64,000 nt of DNA, from positions 13,578,001-13,642,000 of the forward strand of contig OZ231126.1 in assembly GCA_965153355.1 (NCBI GenBank), given 5' to 3'. The translations under genes were made by a program, and so were the position numbers. The notes under the pieces were generated by a model. It was given only the letters and a program-made list of their open reading frames with translations, had not been told where the DNA came from and searched no databases. Positions 1 through 12,596 of this stretch are shown piece after piece. The stretch's first letter is position 1. The number at the start of each line of letters is the position of its first letter. The DNA is from Flaccisagitta enflata. Taxonomy: Eukaryota.

Positions 1-1482
1 TGAAATCTGCCCTCTCAGGCCTGAAATCTGCCTATTCAGATTCAAACTCTGAGAGGGCAGATTTCAGGCCTGAGAGGGCAGATTTCAGGCCTGAGAGGGC
101 AGATTTCAGGCCTGAGAGGGCAGATTTCAGGCCTGAGAGGGCAGATTTCAGGCCTGAGAGGACAGATTTCAGGCCTGAGAGGGTAGATTTTAGGCCTGAG
201 AGGGTAGATTTCAGGCCTGAGAGGATAGATTTCAGACCTGAGAAGGCAGATTCAAGGTCTTAGAGGGCAGATTTCAGGCCTGAAAGGTCAGATTTCATGC
301 CTGAACACCCTGATTTTATTCTTTTTATATTTGGAATTACAATGATCTACGATCGTTTCTTGCGTTTTCTCCAGAATTTTCGTTTGTGACCTCATGAATG
401 GGCATATGGCTCATTTCTTCATTGAGTTTTTAGGGCTGGATTGATTTCTTAGCTGCTACGTCATTCTTTTCTATAGCGCAGCCAGTCCTTTCTTTGGTGG
501 TGATTGAATATGTTCCATCAGTCCTTTTGTCTCTTATTTGCACTCGTTTGTCCGTTGGTTGGTTGGTCGGTCAGTTGGTTGGTCCGTCACGAAAACGTTC
601 TACAATCCACAAAGAACACCTATTGGCCCACATAGCCTTGACCATAATTGAGGGTTTTTCTCATCCTCAACCACCGATTTCAATCGGCGTATTTTTGATA
701 CATCCTCGCTCCTCTATGAGACAGGTCCGTTTGTTGGTTGGTTGGTCGGTTGATCACACATACATCCAACTCCCAAAATCTGAGGTTCTGTCAACAGAGA
801 AGTGGGCAACCTTTTAATTCTTTCGTACATTTGACCTTTCTGTCATTCATTCAAGCATTTATTCATTCATTCATTCATTCATTCATTCATTCATTCATTC
901 ATTCATTCACTCATTCATTCATTCATTCATTCATTCATTCATTCATTCATTCATTCATTCATTCATTCATAGAATCTTTCCTTCATAAGAAACGTTCATG
1001 AAATGAAAAAAAGGGTTATAAAGAAAAAAAAATTTTCCGTTTTATATTCAATTTTCTCAAATCTCGATAAGCAGAAGCTGTAACACGGGATTTTTCATAA
1101 ACGAAAATTCCGCTTCCAAACGAAGAATTGATTGTAATTCGCACTCGATTCAGGGTGTGAAAGGTCAGATTTCACGCCTGAGAGGGCAGATTTCAGGCCT
1201 AAGAGGACAGATTTCAGGCCTGAGAGGGTAGATTTTAGGACTGAGAGGGTAGATTTCAGGCCTGAGAGAGTAGATTTCAGACCTGAGAAGGCAGATTCAA
1301 GGCCTGAGAGGGCAGATTCCAGGCCTGATTGGTCAGATTTCAGGCCTGAAAGCTCAGATATCAGGCCTGAAAGGTCAGATTTCAGGCCAGGCTGAGGGGG
1401 GGGGACGGATAAACAAACGAACGAACGAAAGTCCCCTGTGTTCTACAGAACATCGTCCCCTTCGGGGCCGCTGCCCAAAAAG
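1..1482 (-). mobile_element. Non-autonomous element (family B) with a 21-bp GCAGATTTCAGGCCTGAGAGG tandem core; 5'-truncated by the window edge and split by an insertion at 306-1157
   Basis: 21-bp tandem units at 1-305 and 1158-1390. Terminus CCCCTTCGGGGCCGCTGCCCAAAAA (~1457-1481) is shared with copies at 29.0, 34.5, 47.1 and 48.0 kb. Confidence 0.75.
306..1157. mobile_element. 852-bp non-autonomous DNA transposon-like insertion
   Basis: 8-bp inverted termini CACCCTGA/TCAGGGTG flanked by TGAA direct repeats (302-305, 1158-1161). Removing it restores the 21-bp repeat unit. Confidence 0.6.
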
Positions 1483-1498
1483 CGAAAATTAGTCATAC

Positions 1499-1748
1499 TT
1501 CCTGGTGGTGATGCTGATTTTGACCACTTTTCTCCTAGAATTGAATCGAAACCAAACAGTTGCTGGTAAAGTCTTGCTGGCCCATGGAAACCCATTTTGA
1601 GGTTTGAAAGCGTTTGCAGCTGCATGATCTAAACGCCACTCGGAAGTTGCACCGGAAGTTCCCCGATAAGAGATCCGTCGCAAGTTTTGAAACCGTTTGC
1701 GACAAAAAAATTCTGGTAACAAAAAAGCAAGCAATGAGCACCTAATTC

Positions 1749-1832
<84 letters not shown>

Positions 1833-2054
1833 TTGTGTGTTAGAGAGAGAAAGGTTGTTCAGCCAAATCCGGTTTGCTGATTTAAGGTAAAATAATGGAA
1901 AAGACATACTACCTTCTTTGTTGCTTTTTTCAGATATTCTGCAATAAACCGAATCGATCAAAGCGCGTTTTTTTGTATGTTTGACAACCATCACGGTGGA
2001 ATGAGAAAATTGAAACAACACCGACAAAATGATTGTCACAAAAAGAACATGCAT
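1499..2054 (-). CDS. Secreted F5/8 type C (discoidin/galactose-binding-like) domain protein, copy 1; partial, last exon probably left of the window
   Basis: Exon 1 2054-1910 (signal peptide MHVLFVTIILSVLFQFSHS, gtatgt donor, phase 1). Exon 2 1712-1499 (ATSEWRLDHAAANAF...WASKTLPATVWFRF). Clear paralogue of 3480-5063. Confidence 0.75.
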
Positions 2055-3479
2055 TTTTTCTTATTTCCACGTTTTATCGTTTGAAGTTAACTTTGGGGGG
2101 AAAGTTTTTTTCTTATTAGAAGAAATGATAAGAAAAAAAAAGGCTTCTCCTAACTCAATGAAAAGTCTGCTTAACGAATGAAAATTACATGAGCTTTTCG
2201 GAACCGAGATATTTGAACAGAAAGGATTGATCCAATTTCTGAGCGAATTCCATTTCGGCAAATATCAAGTTGTAAAGACTAATAAAAACTCGGGTGTGTT
2301 TCAATTATTCTGTATGTCTCTATTATTGTCTCATTTTAGCGTTTTAGTATTCTGATATTTCTTATGTTTCCATCTTTTCCTTTCTACGACTATCCCGGGC
2401 GGGAGTGAGCGAAATGAGTGAGCAAGCAAGCCTGTGTATGCATATTAACACACCATCTGTGTGAGACAAAGACGACTGTAGAATGTGGAAACGCGAAGAG
2501 CTGTGCAGTGAGTAAAAAGCAAGCAAATAAGTGCTGCCAGCGACCATGAGGCCAAAAACCAGGTTCCATTCAGAAACACGCCGTTGAGCTCCACCATAAA
2601 CAGGGCCTCCACTGTGCGCGACTTTTGAAGGGTTCACTTGAACTTGACTTGACTTGACTTGGCTAACATACCTGGTGACCTGGTGACCTATGATATTTAT
2701 CACTAAGTTAACTTACGGGAAGTAGGAATGAAGTCACGAAGTGCTTTAGGGTTAATGAATTTTGCTGGAATTTGGCGAAAAGTCATATTTGCCCTCAAGA
2801 TATGCTAGTAATCTATGACTTAAAATCTATCATTAGATTCGCCTATTTTTATGTTGAACAAATCCTTAAACATAAAAAAGTAATTTTTTGAGGGTTGAAA
2901 ACCAATAAAAACTTTATTTCCATAAGCCGACACGTGGTATTTACAGCAAGCAACATTACTAAACTAGACTACAACAAAGATGCCTATGACAATAAAAAAT
3001 ATTATTATATATGCATCTTCGCGGACACACAACTCTACACATACCGTGTCAGTTGGTCGCTCTGTCCGTCCATCTGTCGGTCCGAAATTTACGAGCGATT
3101 TATGCGCTACGGCCCTTGCCCAACCGTCTGCAACTGTCTTGCGATGTATTCGGTTTCCTTCACAAAAACAAAAAATACATTAAAAAAAACCTATACGACT
3201 GCACCCGAACGTGGTTGTGATATTAAAGCATCCCTGGGAATTCACTCCACTAGTTTCCTCTTGTCCATCCCATGCTTCCCAATGTCAGATTCAAATGGAT
3301 AAATCCTTGACTTATCGCTTAAATCTTGACATTTTAGCTCCAAAATTCTCGCTTATAGCTCCAGAATGCATATCCCAATGCCCAAAATCCTACCTACGGC
3401 CAGAAATACCAGCCTTAAGACTAAGTGAAAAAATCTTTATTTTTGCCATGTTGTTCGATTAGATGACAATCTCAATCCC

Positions 3480-5063
3480 TCATTGGTACATGGTGACATT
3501 GACAAAACCCGTCAGATTTTCTTTTCCTCCACTTGTAAGGACGTGAATTCCGTAGCATCGATACCATCCTTGCACTTGACACGGAATCTCCCAAGACTTG
3601 GTTTGATCTGGTTGGTCAAATCCTGACTTGTTGACGGTGACCAGAGTCACCCACCAAGAGCAATCGTCAGATGCGACGATGTTGAAGGTGACAGGTGCTT
3701 GATGGATGTGACCTCCTTTTCTGAAGATAAAGAATGAAAAGAAAATGATGCTGATGATTTAAGAATGTAAACAAATAAGCAGAATATCCTTTTTAGTCGG
3801 GGACACGCAATTCTTTTTGGACCGTCTGTCCGTCTGTCCGTCTGTCCATCCGTCACAAAGCTGTTTTTTAAGGTTTTCCTCCCCTGCCCACCCATCCGCG
3901 ACTAATGCTGCCGTGTAAACGGCCTTGTTTTCAATTAGCCTCCCGGCCCTGGCCTTGTTTTTCAGTACAGTTCCTCAAAAACGATCTATTTGATGCTAGT
4001 CGTTTGCAATGTGCTGTTATCTCATACACACTCCGTACAACAATACTTAGAGACGCCACACAAATGTTGTCTGCTTTGCTCTCATATTTGTTATCCAAAA
4101 AAGATGAGAATATTGACGCTTTCGACTATCATTCTGCTTCCCTGGTTGTGAAGCTGATTTTCTTGACTTTCTTTGACTTTTTTAACTGAAACCAAACAGT
4201 TGCCGGTAACGTGTTGCTGTTCCATGGGTAGTTTGTTGTCTGTGGTCTGAAAGCGTTGGCTGCCCCATGATCTGCTTGATACTCTGACGTTGCTCCAGGT
4301 GTCCCATCATATGTGATTGGTCGCAGCTTTAGGAACGGCTGACGACATGGCAAATCTGTAAGATAGTAAGGGCACTTTTATTCCTTTTTTTTTCTACCTT
4401 TTCTACCAGACCTCTTCGCCGTTGCAAATTACAATCCAAAAAAGAAACGAGTTCTTCAGGGATGTTTAAAGTTGAGCGGCTTTTATTTACTTACCCCTCC
4501 CCCGCTGGTCTTTCATTTGTTTCCCCGCCTAGACGAACAAGGCCGGATACACGGCAAAATAGTCGCGGACAATTGGGCAGGGGCTGTAATGCAATAATCG
4601 CTCAGAATTCAACAAAATTCGTAACGGACCGACCTACCGATATACCGACCGACCGACACGGCAAGGTGTAGAGTCGCGTGTCCGCGACTAAAAATCCTTT
4701 TTACCCCATCTTTTCTACCCCATAAAATATAAATTGTAGTATTTATATAGAACTGCCTCTAAAGTTTTTTTTTTCTTTCTGCTTTTCCATCCTTAGATTT
4801 TCTATCCCATCTCCAAACCCTTCGGAAATGCTCAACCTTATACACGTGCTGTTCATAGAAGAACACTAAGCTATGTCAAGTATGTTTTTCGCATTAGAAG
4901 GTGGTTGTAACATACTTTCCTTTATCACGTCGCATTTTTCAGATTTCTCACAAAACACAGCATGAATAGCGGCCTCTTTCTCCGTTCGTCTGACAACCAT
5001 CACAGTTGACTGAGACAACTCCAAAAATCCGAATAAGATGATGTGTAATTCTCCTCGTTTCAT
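3480..5063 (-). CDS. Secreted F5/8 type C (discoidin-like) domain protein, copy 2, about 200 aa
   Basis: Exons 5063-4916, 4355-4142, 3720-3480 with consistent phases 1 and 2. Motifs ATSEY..HGAANAF, WNSNTLPATVWFQL, APVTFNIVASDDCSWW, SWEIPC..YRCYGIHV. Needs a non-canonical GG donor at 4141, otherwise it is a pseudogene. Confidence 0.7.
3791..3950 (+). mobile_element. Helentron-like (HINE/DINE-type) non-autonomous element, family A
   Basis: TTTTAGTCG..ACGC start, (GTCY)n core, CCCTGCCCACCC..CGCGACT and GCCGTGTA..CGGCCTTGTT end. Confidence 0.65.
4537..4693 (-). mobile_element. HINE-like family A element
   Basis: AACAAGGCCGGATACACGGC ... AGTCGCGTGTCCGCGACTAAAAA. Confidence 0.75.
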
Positions 5064-6232
5064 TCTTCATTAGAGCTGTAAGTGCAAAATTGAGAGGAGC
5101 TTCAACGCTTCGAATTTACAACTTGCAAATTGGGTGGATATTCTGTTTAGCGGCGATATGGAATGCGAGGAAACAATTTCATTTTCGTGTATATAGCGGC
5201 TGCGAACACATCAGCCAAGCATGCTTTTCATAATGAACATTGTGGGCAGAAAAAATCGATTGAAAAGGTTTCCGCTGTGTTCCGCTGTTTAGCATCAGCG
5301 AAAATGACCTGCCAGATGTGTCTTTCTCATTTTCAGTTTTGATTTTGAAATGGAAAAACTTGATTTCGTCTAGAAATGAAACAATGGGCAGACAAATGAA
5401 GCTAGGAAATGATATTTTGAGCATAAACAGAATTTTGTCATAATTCTTTTTTATGATTCCTAATTACTTAATCAAGCCATCTCATTACTGTTAATGTATT
5501 CATGTTTTAGATAGTACTTCGAACAGAAGATGTACGGCCTACGGGAACATTGACATTGTTTTGAATTAGATATGCTTCAAATTTTCCATGATATATCCCG
5601 TTAGAATGAGAGAAGAAAGAACACGTCTTTTTATGGGATTACACATTTTATTGCTTTATTCTGATTGCTTTATAAATTATCAAGTCTCATTCCGTTAGAA
5701 TTTTGCACGTTTGGCCATTGCCATAGAGCATATTCATCTGTAACGCCCGTTCCTAAGCAACCACGGAACGCGCATTTTTTCACTGATCTTTCTGTGCAAA
5801 AATTATAGCCCATTCAATTTTGTTCCTGTGCTTTTTCAATTTGAAATATCTTCATTTCAGATTTCATTGAAACGTGTCTCCTTAGCAATGGGCCAAGATA
5901 ATTAAGGCATCTATCAATTTTTCAAGATTGCAAACATCGGTCCCTGGTATTATTTCTTTTCCCCTCATACTTGCCCCCACTATGTTTAATCTAAACGGAA
6001 TCTACTAAAGAGTGAAGACAGCAAAAATTGAGAGAAGATATTTAAACGATCTTGAAGCAAAAATCCAACACACCCCAAAATCCCCAAAATCATTCGCGCT
6101 GGACTGAGAGATCTTTTTCCCCAGATGGACTACAAAATTTATGAAAGCGAGTGCAGAAAATCGATGCAAAAATTTTAAGTCGCGTGTCGGGAAATACAGG
6201 ATTTTACAGGAGCTTACCTACCTCACATCGCC

Positions 6233-6270
<38 letters not shown>

Positions 6271-6703
6271 GCGTCCTCAAATCTTTGTAGGGGGCTTGTC
6301 TGTTTGTCCATCTGTCCATCAGTCCGTAACGCAAACTTCTAAACACGGTTTTATCTTTATTTCCTCATCGCTTTACGTCTTATCATTATGTATATTTGAG
6401 GACGTATCTTTTGGACATCTCGTAGCCTCGTTAACCATATATTGATCAATGCCTCTACCTCATCACAGAGAAAACGAATGGAATCCACGCATACCTGGCC
6501 ATGTTATCTCAGTGAAAATACAGGTGGGCGGCAAATGTGTGCATGAGATATATTGTTCATATCGACTGGATGCTGTCTTCCATTTGTCATTCCAAACGAC
6601 ATCTTGTAATGACGGGAATTATTGATTTCAAACACTGAAACTAGTGACACTGAAGATGTGCAACATCGGCCTTCTGGGTGTCCTGAAGCAATGCTTAACT
6701 CAA

Positions 6704-6831
<128 letters not shown>

Positions 6832-7344
6832 TTTTACCTCCTGTGTTTTACCTGCTGGGTAGCTAATATACGTTGCACCTTGTTATTTATTGGGCTTAAA
6901 AATATTGGAAAATGAACTTAACGACTGATTTTTTACAAGCAAGCGATTTATTGGTTCAAACAGTATTCAGAAATTATGGTTCCATAGAGAGAAATACACG
7001 CACAAGGATTTACATTAAACAGCATCAACAACATCACAATTTTATCGTTATTTATGACAGTTGTCTTTTTTTTTCAATACAGAATAAAAATCGAATCAGG
7101 GGTATCATTGATTAAAATCTTCTTTGGTTTTTCATGCAATAAGAAGGACCATATAATCAGGGTTAAGTCACCGGCGATAAGTTGGCATGTTCATAAATCA
7201 ATATATTGGCGAATCAACAAAAGAATAACAATAGAAGTTGAATTGCAGGTGCACTCCCATTGATGCCACTGGCTACACAAGCGAGTTTTGTTAAACATAA
7301 TGAAAATTTCTTTTATCTTATGGTCTCTCAAGAGAGTGGATGAC

Positions 7345-8152
7345 TTACTTACGCCTCCAGTGACTACCCCAGCTACCAGCTCCGTGGGTACCATGGCCAG
7401 TTCCCCAGGAACCAGATCCAGTGCCCCAGTTTCCTGAGCCAGTGCCCCAATTTCCAGAGCCGGTGCCCCAGTTTCCTGATCCGGTACCCCAGTTTCCTGT
7501 GCCAGTGCCCCAGTTTCCTGAACCAGTTCCCCAGTTTCCTGATCCTGTACCCCAGTTTCCAGAGCCAGTGCCCCAGTTTCCTGAACCAGTTCCCCAGTTT
7601 CCTGATCCTGTACCCCAGTTTCCAGAGCCAGTACCCCAGTTTCCAGAGCCAGTTCCCCAGTTTCCAGAGCCAGTACCCCAGTTTCCAGAGCCAGTGCCCC
7701 AGTTTCCAGAGCGAGCTCCCAAGTTTCCGGAGCCAGTACCCCAGTTTCCAGACCCAGTTCCGGTGCCCCAGCCTCCCCGGCCATTTCCCCAGGATCCATG
7801 GTCATTGCCTCCAGTGCCCCAGCTTCCGCCTGTGCCCCAGCCTCCCTGGCCATTTTCCCAGGATCCATGGTCATTTCCTCCAGTACCAGTTCCAGTGCCC
7901 CAGCCTCCCTGGCCATTTCCCCAGGTCCCAGTTCCAGTGCCCCCGTTTCCAGATGAGCCACCAGATCCAATGTTGTTCCAACCTCCAGTTCCCGATCCAG
8001 CACCAGTTGAGACTCCTGAGCCAGTTGAGACTCCTGAGCCAGTGGGCGTTATTGAGCCCAAAGCCAGGTTTCCTCCACAAGAATCTCTCTTTGGGCAATT
8101 GCAGGAACAACCTGAGTTTCCAATCTAGAGAGAGAGCGCGAGAGAGAGAGAG

Positions 8153-8209
<57 letters not shown>

Positions 8210-8334
8210 AAAACAAGAGGGGAAAGAGATAAAAAATGAGAGGAAGAGTGAGTGTTTAGAATGGGATTTCTTTTCCTTCATGCATTCTTTATATTTCTAC
8301 GAATTGTTTTTGTTTCACTTCCTTGACAGCAGCT

Positions 8335-8422
<88 letters not shown>

Positions 8423-9400
8423 TTCATAAAAGAAAAAGATAGCTTCATTAATGAACCGACCTTAGCTTGGAAGCATTCTCCTGAGCAGCTTGAACTGGCG
8501 GGACACGAATTGCCACAATTGTACATCATGTTGAGGAGCTTGACATCGTTAAAAGAAAGCCCGCTTTTGTTACGGTCACCGATGAGATTTTGGTAGCAAC
8601 TGTTTTTCGTCGTGATTGTATTCTGACCATTTTTCGAGAAATAATTTGAGCCGTAATGCATGAGGCTGTTCGAGTTTAAGAAAGAATAAAGGGGGAAAAT
8701 TACGGGTTGTATTCCTTGCTCACCAACTCACCCTGCATCCCCGTCAATTTAGAAGTTTGCTATACTACCATGGGAATAAAAGTTTAAGCTGAAATAATAC
8801 CTCAAATGATTCATCAGATATTGTCAATTGCATTCCTCAAAGTCAATCTGTATTTTTGTGACTGCTTGAGTGTTCGTGCTACATAAGCTTGCTTAAGCAA
8901 TGCGATAAAATTTTTTCCTAAGAAAGTAGATGGATACAAAGCACTCATCATTGCAGATTTCCTCTTCCGTTTCGTATTTGGGTTTTGTTTTTTTTTTAAA
9001 CTAAAGCGAACAATGATCATAGCTCATAGAATAACAAGCCAATGGTCTTGTCCACCATTAAAATTTATGAGAAAGTCTGAGTAATTTGCTTGCAATCTTA
9101 TTCCATTTGCTTGCCAATTACTAAAAAAAAACTTAGCCCTTGGTCACGATAAAAAACATCAGATTTTTGACATTTGAACGTATAATGGACTAGGATATTT
9201 GGATAAACAGGTGTGGAACTGACCTGAGGTAGTCATAAGGCAGACCAACGCCAAATGATGAAGACTGGTCCACTCTTCTAAAGGCGAAGGCTTTGCCCGG
9301 TTTGATGTTCTCATAATGAACTGTGATGTGTTGGTCCCGGTCATACTGAGTCTGAGTGTGATGCAAACCCAACGCGTGCATCAGCTCGTGCTTAATCACT

Positions 9401-9472
<72 letters not shown>

Positions 9473-10443
9473 GTTATTCATTAGCATTTAGATACTTTCA
9501 TATTAGTTGCATCCATCTGCCGTGATGCCACATAGTTTAATAAATATTGGTAAAAGCAGCATTCATATCCTGATTAAATGATCGTCACCTCCACGGCACT
9601 GTCTTAAACTCATTGCCACTTCCATCACTCAATCATTGGTTGGTTTCATCTACCTTGAATACAAGCATTGACTAATTGTCATTCCAGTCACCCATGTATT
9701 GATTGGTTTTACGAACCCGAAATACAAGCATTCACTAATTGTCATCCCAGTCACCCAAGCATTGATTGGTTTCACTAACCCTGAATACAAGCATTCACTT
9801 CCATCACCCCAGCATTGATTGGTTTCACCTACCCAGTAGTCAAGCATCCGGGGGCGAGCTCAACTTCCTGGCTTGGGCCAAATGATGACTTTCCGACGTA
9901 GGAAGAACAACCGACTCCATCAACGATTCTGAGACGTCCTGTTTCGGAGACGGAAATGGTAAGTTCGTAAAAGACTTATTGTTAGGAATATTTTGTCAGA
10001 ACTATATGAAAATTGCCAATTGTGACAACTGATTGGAGACATTGGGGAAAAGCTCCCACACTCATTGCCTAGATAACCTCCTTAATCACTAGCTGATAGG
10101 TTTATCAGATCTTTTTTTCATAATTCGTTTATTCCTAAACGGAAAAGTGAAAAATTAGGAGCGCTGTCCTAATAGTGAAGAACAATATGCTGATTTGGAA
10201 TTGTGAGCTCGATTGGGCAAGTATTTCTATTTTTAAGGCGCCGGGACTAAAAATGCAGAAAGGAAATTGTTCAAAATTATCTTCTATTTCTGATGCTAGA
10301 GAGGAGACCAATGATTGATCAAAAAACAATGTAACGACTGAAAGTTCAATCAGAGTTAGAATGGGTCAACTTTCATGTATGAGATATTCATAAAAAGTCA
10401 TTGAAACAGAACGAATTTTGAGTGGGGTGGGGTCAGGTAGATG

Positions 10444-10530
<87 letters not shown>

Positions 10531-11965
10531 CATATCCATATGAGCCACTAAAAGTTAAACGCCATTACCTGAAGCCCCGGCCGAGGGTTCGAACTTGATG
10601 CATGTTTTGGACATGAGGTCTTGCATGGCGGCGTAAACATGGTCTCTGCCGGAGAATCCGTGGTCGAACTCGTAAGGAACAACTCCATTGGGCCAAAAAT
10701 CGAACATTCCGTCGGGCTTGTGGGCCAAACGCTTCTCCATGTCAGACGCAGAACGGTTCAAAGACAGCTCATCAACACCTGAAAGGGTGAAATGATCAAG
10801 AAAACCGGATTCAAGGCATTAGTAGTCAACAAGTAGGGTATTGGTACTGAGACAGCGACAAAAACAAGATGAAGTTAAGTTGTTATAAGAATTATATTTC
10901 AATTGGTGTACATGGTATACATGTGTAAGCATGCAACTATGCATGAGTGCAGACAGAGACTGTATGCTTTGCATGAAACTATGGCTTACCTCCGATAATT
11001 TCATCAATGGTCTTCTCCGAGTCCGATACAATGGCTGAGAGAAAAAAAATATATATATCTTTGTAAATAAATTTGGTTGGACATCTGATGAAAAATTTAT
11101 TGAAGTGTGAATATGAATTTGTGCCTTTCTCTCTCACTTATCTACTCACCCTCTTACTCACTCAGTCACCCACTCAGCCACTGAGTCACTCACTCACTCA
11201 CTCACTCACTCACTCACTCACTCACTCACTCACTCACTCACTCACTCACTCACTCACTCACTCACTCACTCACTCACTCATTCACTCACTCACTCACTCA
11301 CTCCCTCACTCCCTCACTAACTCATATTTCTTACATGGTAAATTGCTGAAATCATGGGAAAGAATCTCCGCCGATGACCAAGTGTGTTGCGAGTCCGGTT
11401 CCTAGAAAGGAAGATAACGGAAAATGCAAATGAAAAAGAATTACAGCAAATTGCGAATACGGATAAAACATGACCGGATACGGCAATCAAGTCGCGGATG
11501 GTTGGGCAAGAGCAGTCATGCGAAAAACGGCAAGAATTCAAAAATGTGACGGACCGACATACCTACCGACCGACCGACACGGCAAGGTGTAGAGTCGCGT
11601 GTCGGCGACTAAAAGACAAGAATTAAGAATATCAACGCATTGTCCTCGATGTATATACGTCGTCTATGTATGAATAAATGATCTTATAATAAAATGATTC
11701 ACAATTGGCAAGTTTATTGAATGCATCGTGGTAGCTGTTTTAGGTTGTACTTGTCAGGGTGACATTTACAACGATCATATCAAATTAACATGAATTGCCG
11801 TTTCTTCATTCAGTCGTTTATATTCCTAAATTAACAAATAATGGCCATAACTTTGCCTGTATTATTCTATCTCACCTTTTGTTCTTTTGTTTCGTTGATG
11901 AGCTCACGAAGTTTCTCCATCAACTCACGCTTCTCCGTTAAGGACAAACCTGTTGAGAGAAAAAG

Positions 11966-12015
<50 letters not shown>

Positions 12016-12596
12016 TGTGTGTGTTTGATAGTGAAGTCAGAGTAACCACAAGCCTTATTTGCGTTTCATCAGCAAGAAAGGCATATTATCAAAGAAACAA
12101 TCGAAAAAAAACCGAGTTTTTACTCAAAATTAAGCTGTGCGGATGGGCAGGGGCGATACTACGGGTTGGCAAGGGTACCATGTAGGTGGGCTGATGCTGT
12201 AATGTAGCTGGGCTGGGGCCGTAATGCTCATAAATCATTGTTTTGGTCGATTTCGCGTCATCAAAAATTTGGCGTTGCCATCCTAAGACATTGTCTATTA
12301 GACATACAGATGTTGGCCTCCCCCGCTAAATGCACATGTTCAATAAGAAAACTAAAGGGTTCTTAACATTTTTTTTTCATTTTTGCTAAGACGGATATGA
12401 TCAGGTTTTTACGCTACATTTGATCTGATAACCAATGACTTAAACAGAATGAAAACAATTGTTGATTGAATGTTCTCTCAGTATGTTACCAATGTTACCA
12501 ATTCTTACCTTTTTTGTCAGAAGCAACTCGGGCATCAGTGAAGTTGATGGTGACTGCCAAGCAGCACAGAATCACCAAAACGAAAAACTTCTTCAT
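7345..12596 (-). CDS. Secreted astacin-family (M12A) zinc metalloprotease with EGF-like Cys segment and C-terminal (GSGNWGT)n tail, about 583 aa
   Basis: Nine GT-AG exons with matching phases: 12596-12509, 11949-11876, 11401-11335, 11034-10990, 10778-10569, 9938-9833, 9400-9224, 8665-8461, 8124-7345. Signal peptide MKKFFVLVILCCLAV; WPNGVVPY; TCIKF; GCSSYVG; HELMHALGLHH zinc motif; SLMHY Met-turn; LSFNDVKLLNMMYNC. Confidence 0.93.
7395..7770 (-). repeat. Coding 21-bp tandem repeat (about 18 units) encoding GSGNWGT
   Basis: Units vary almost only at third codon positions of the minus-strand Gly/Trp frame. Confidence 0.9.
9617..9848 (-). repeat. Degenerate 53-63 bp tandem repeat copying the astacin exon-6 end and 5' splice site
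   Basis: Minus strand ATGCTTG..GG|GTAGGTGAAACCAATCAATG recurs four times (plus-strand CAAGCAT at 9841, 9788, 9725, 9662). Confidence 0.8.
11468..11613 (-). mobile_element. HINE-like family A element (intronic)
   Basis: CCGGATACGGC ... AGTCGCGTGTCGGCGACTAAAAG. Confidence 0.7.

Noticed and set aside
7345-8000. WG/GW repeats as an Argonaute hook or a W-amide neuropeptide precursor
   Set aside because: The protein has a signal peptide (extracellular), and the repeats lack basic cleavage sites.
7421-8128. Plus-strand ORF (PQFPEPV)n and minus-strand ORF 7191-8003 (ALETG repeats)
   Set aside because: Shadow frames of the astacin tail. Variation is silent in the GSGNWGT frame, which is the one in phase with the upstream exon.
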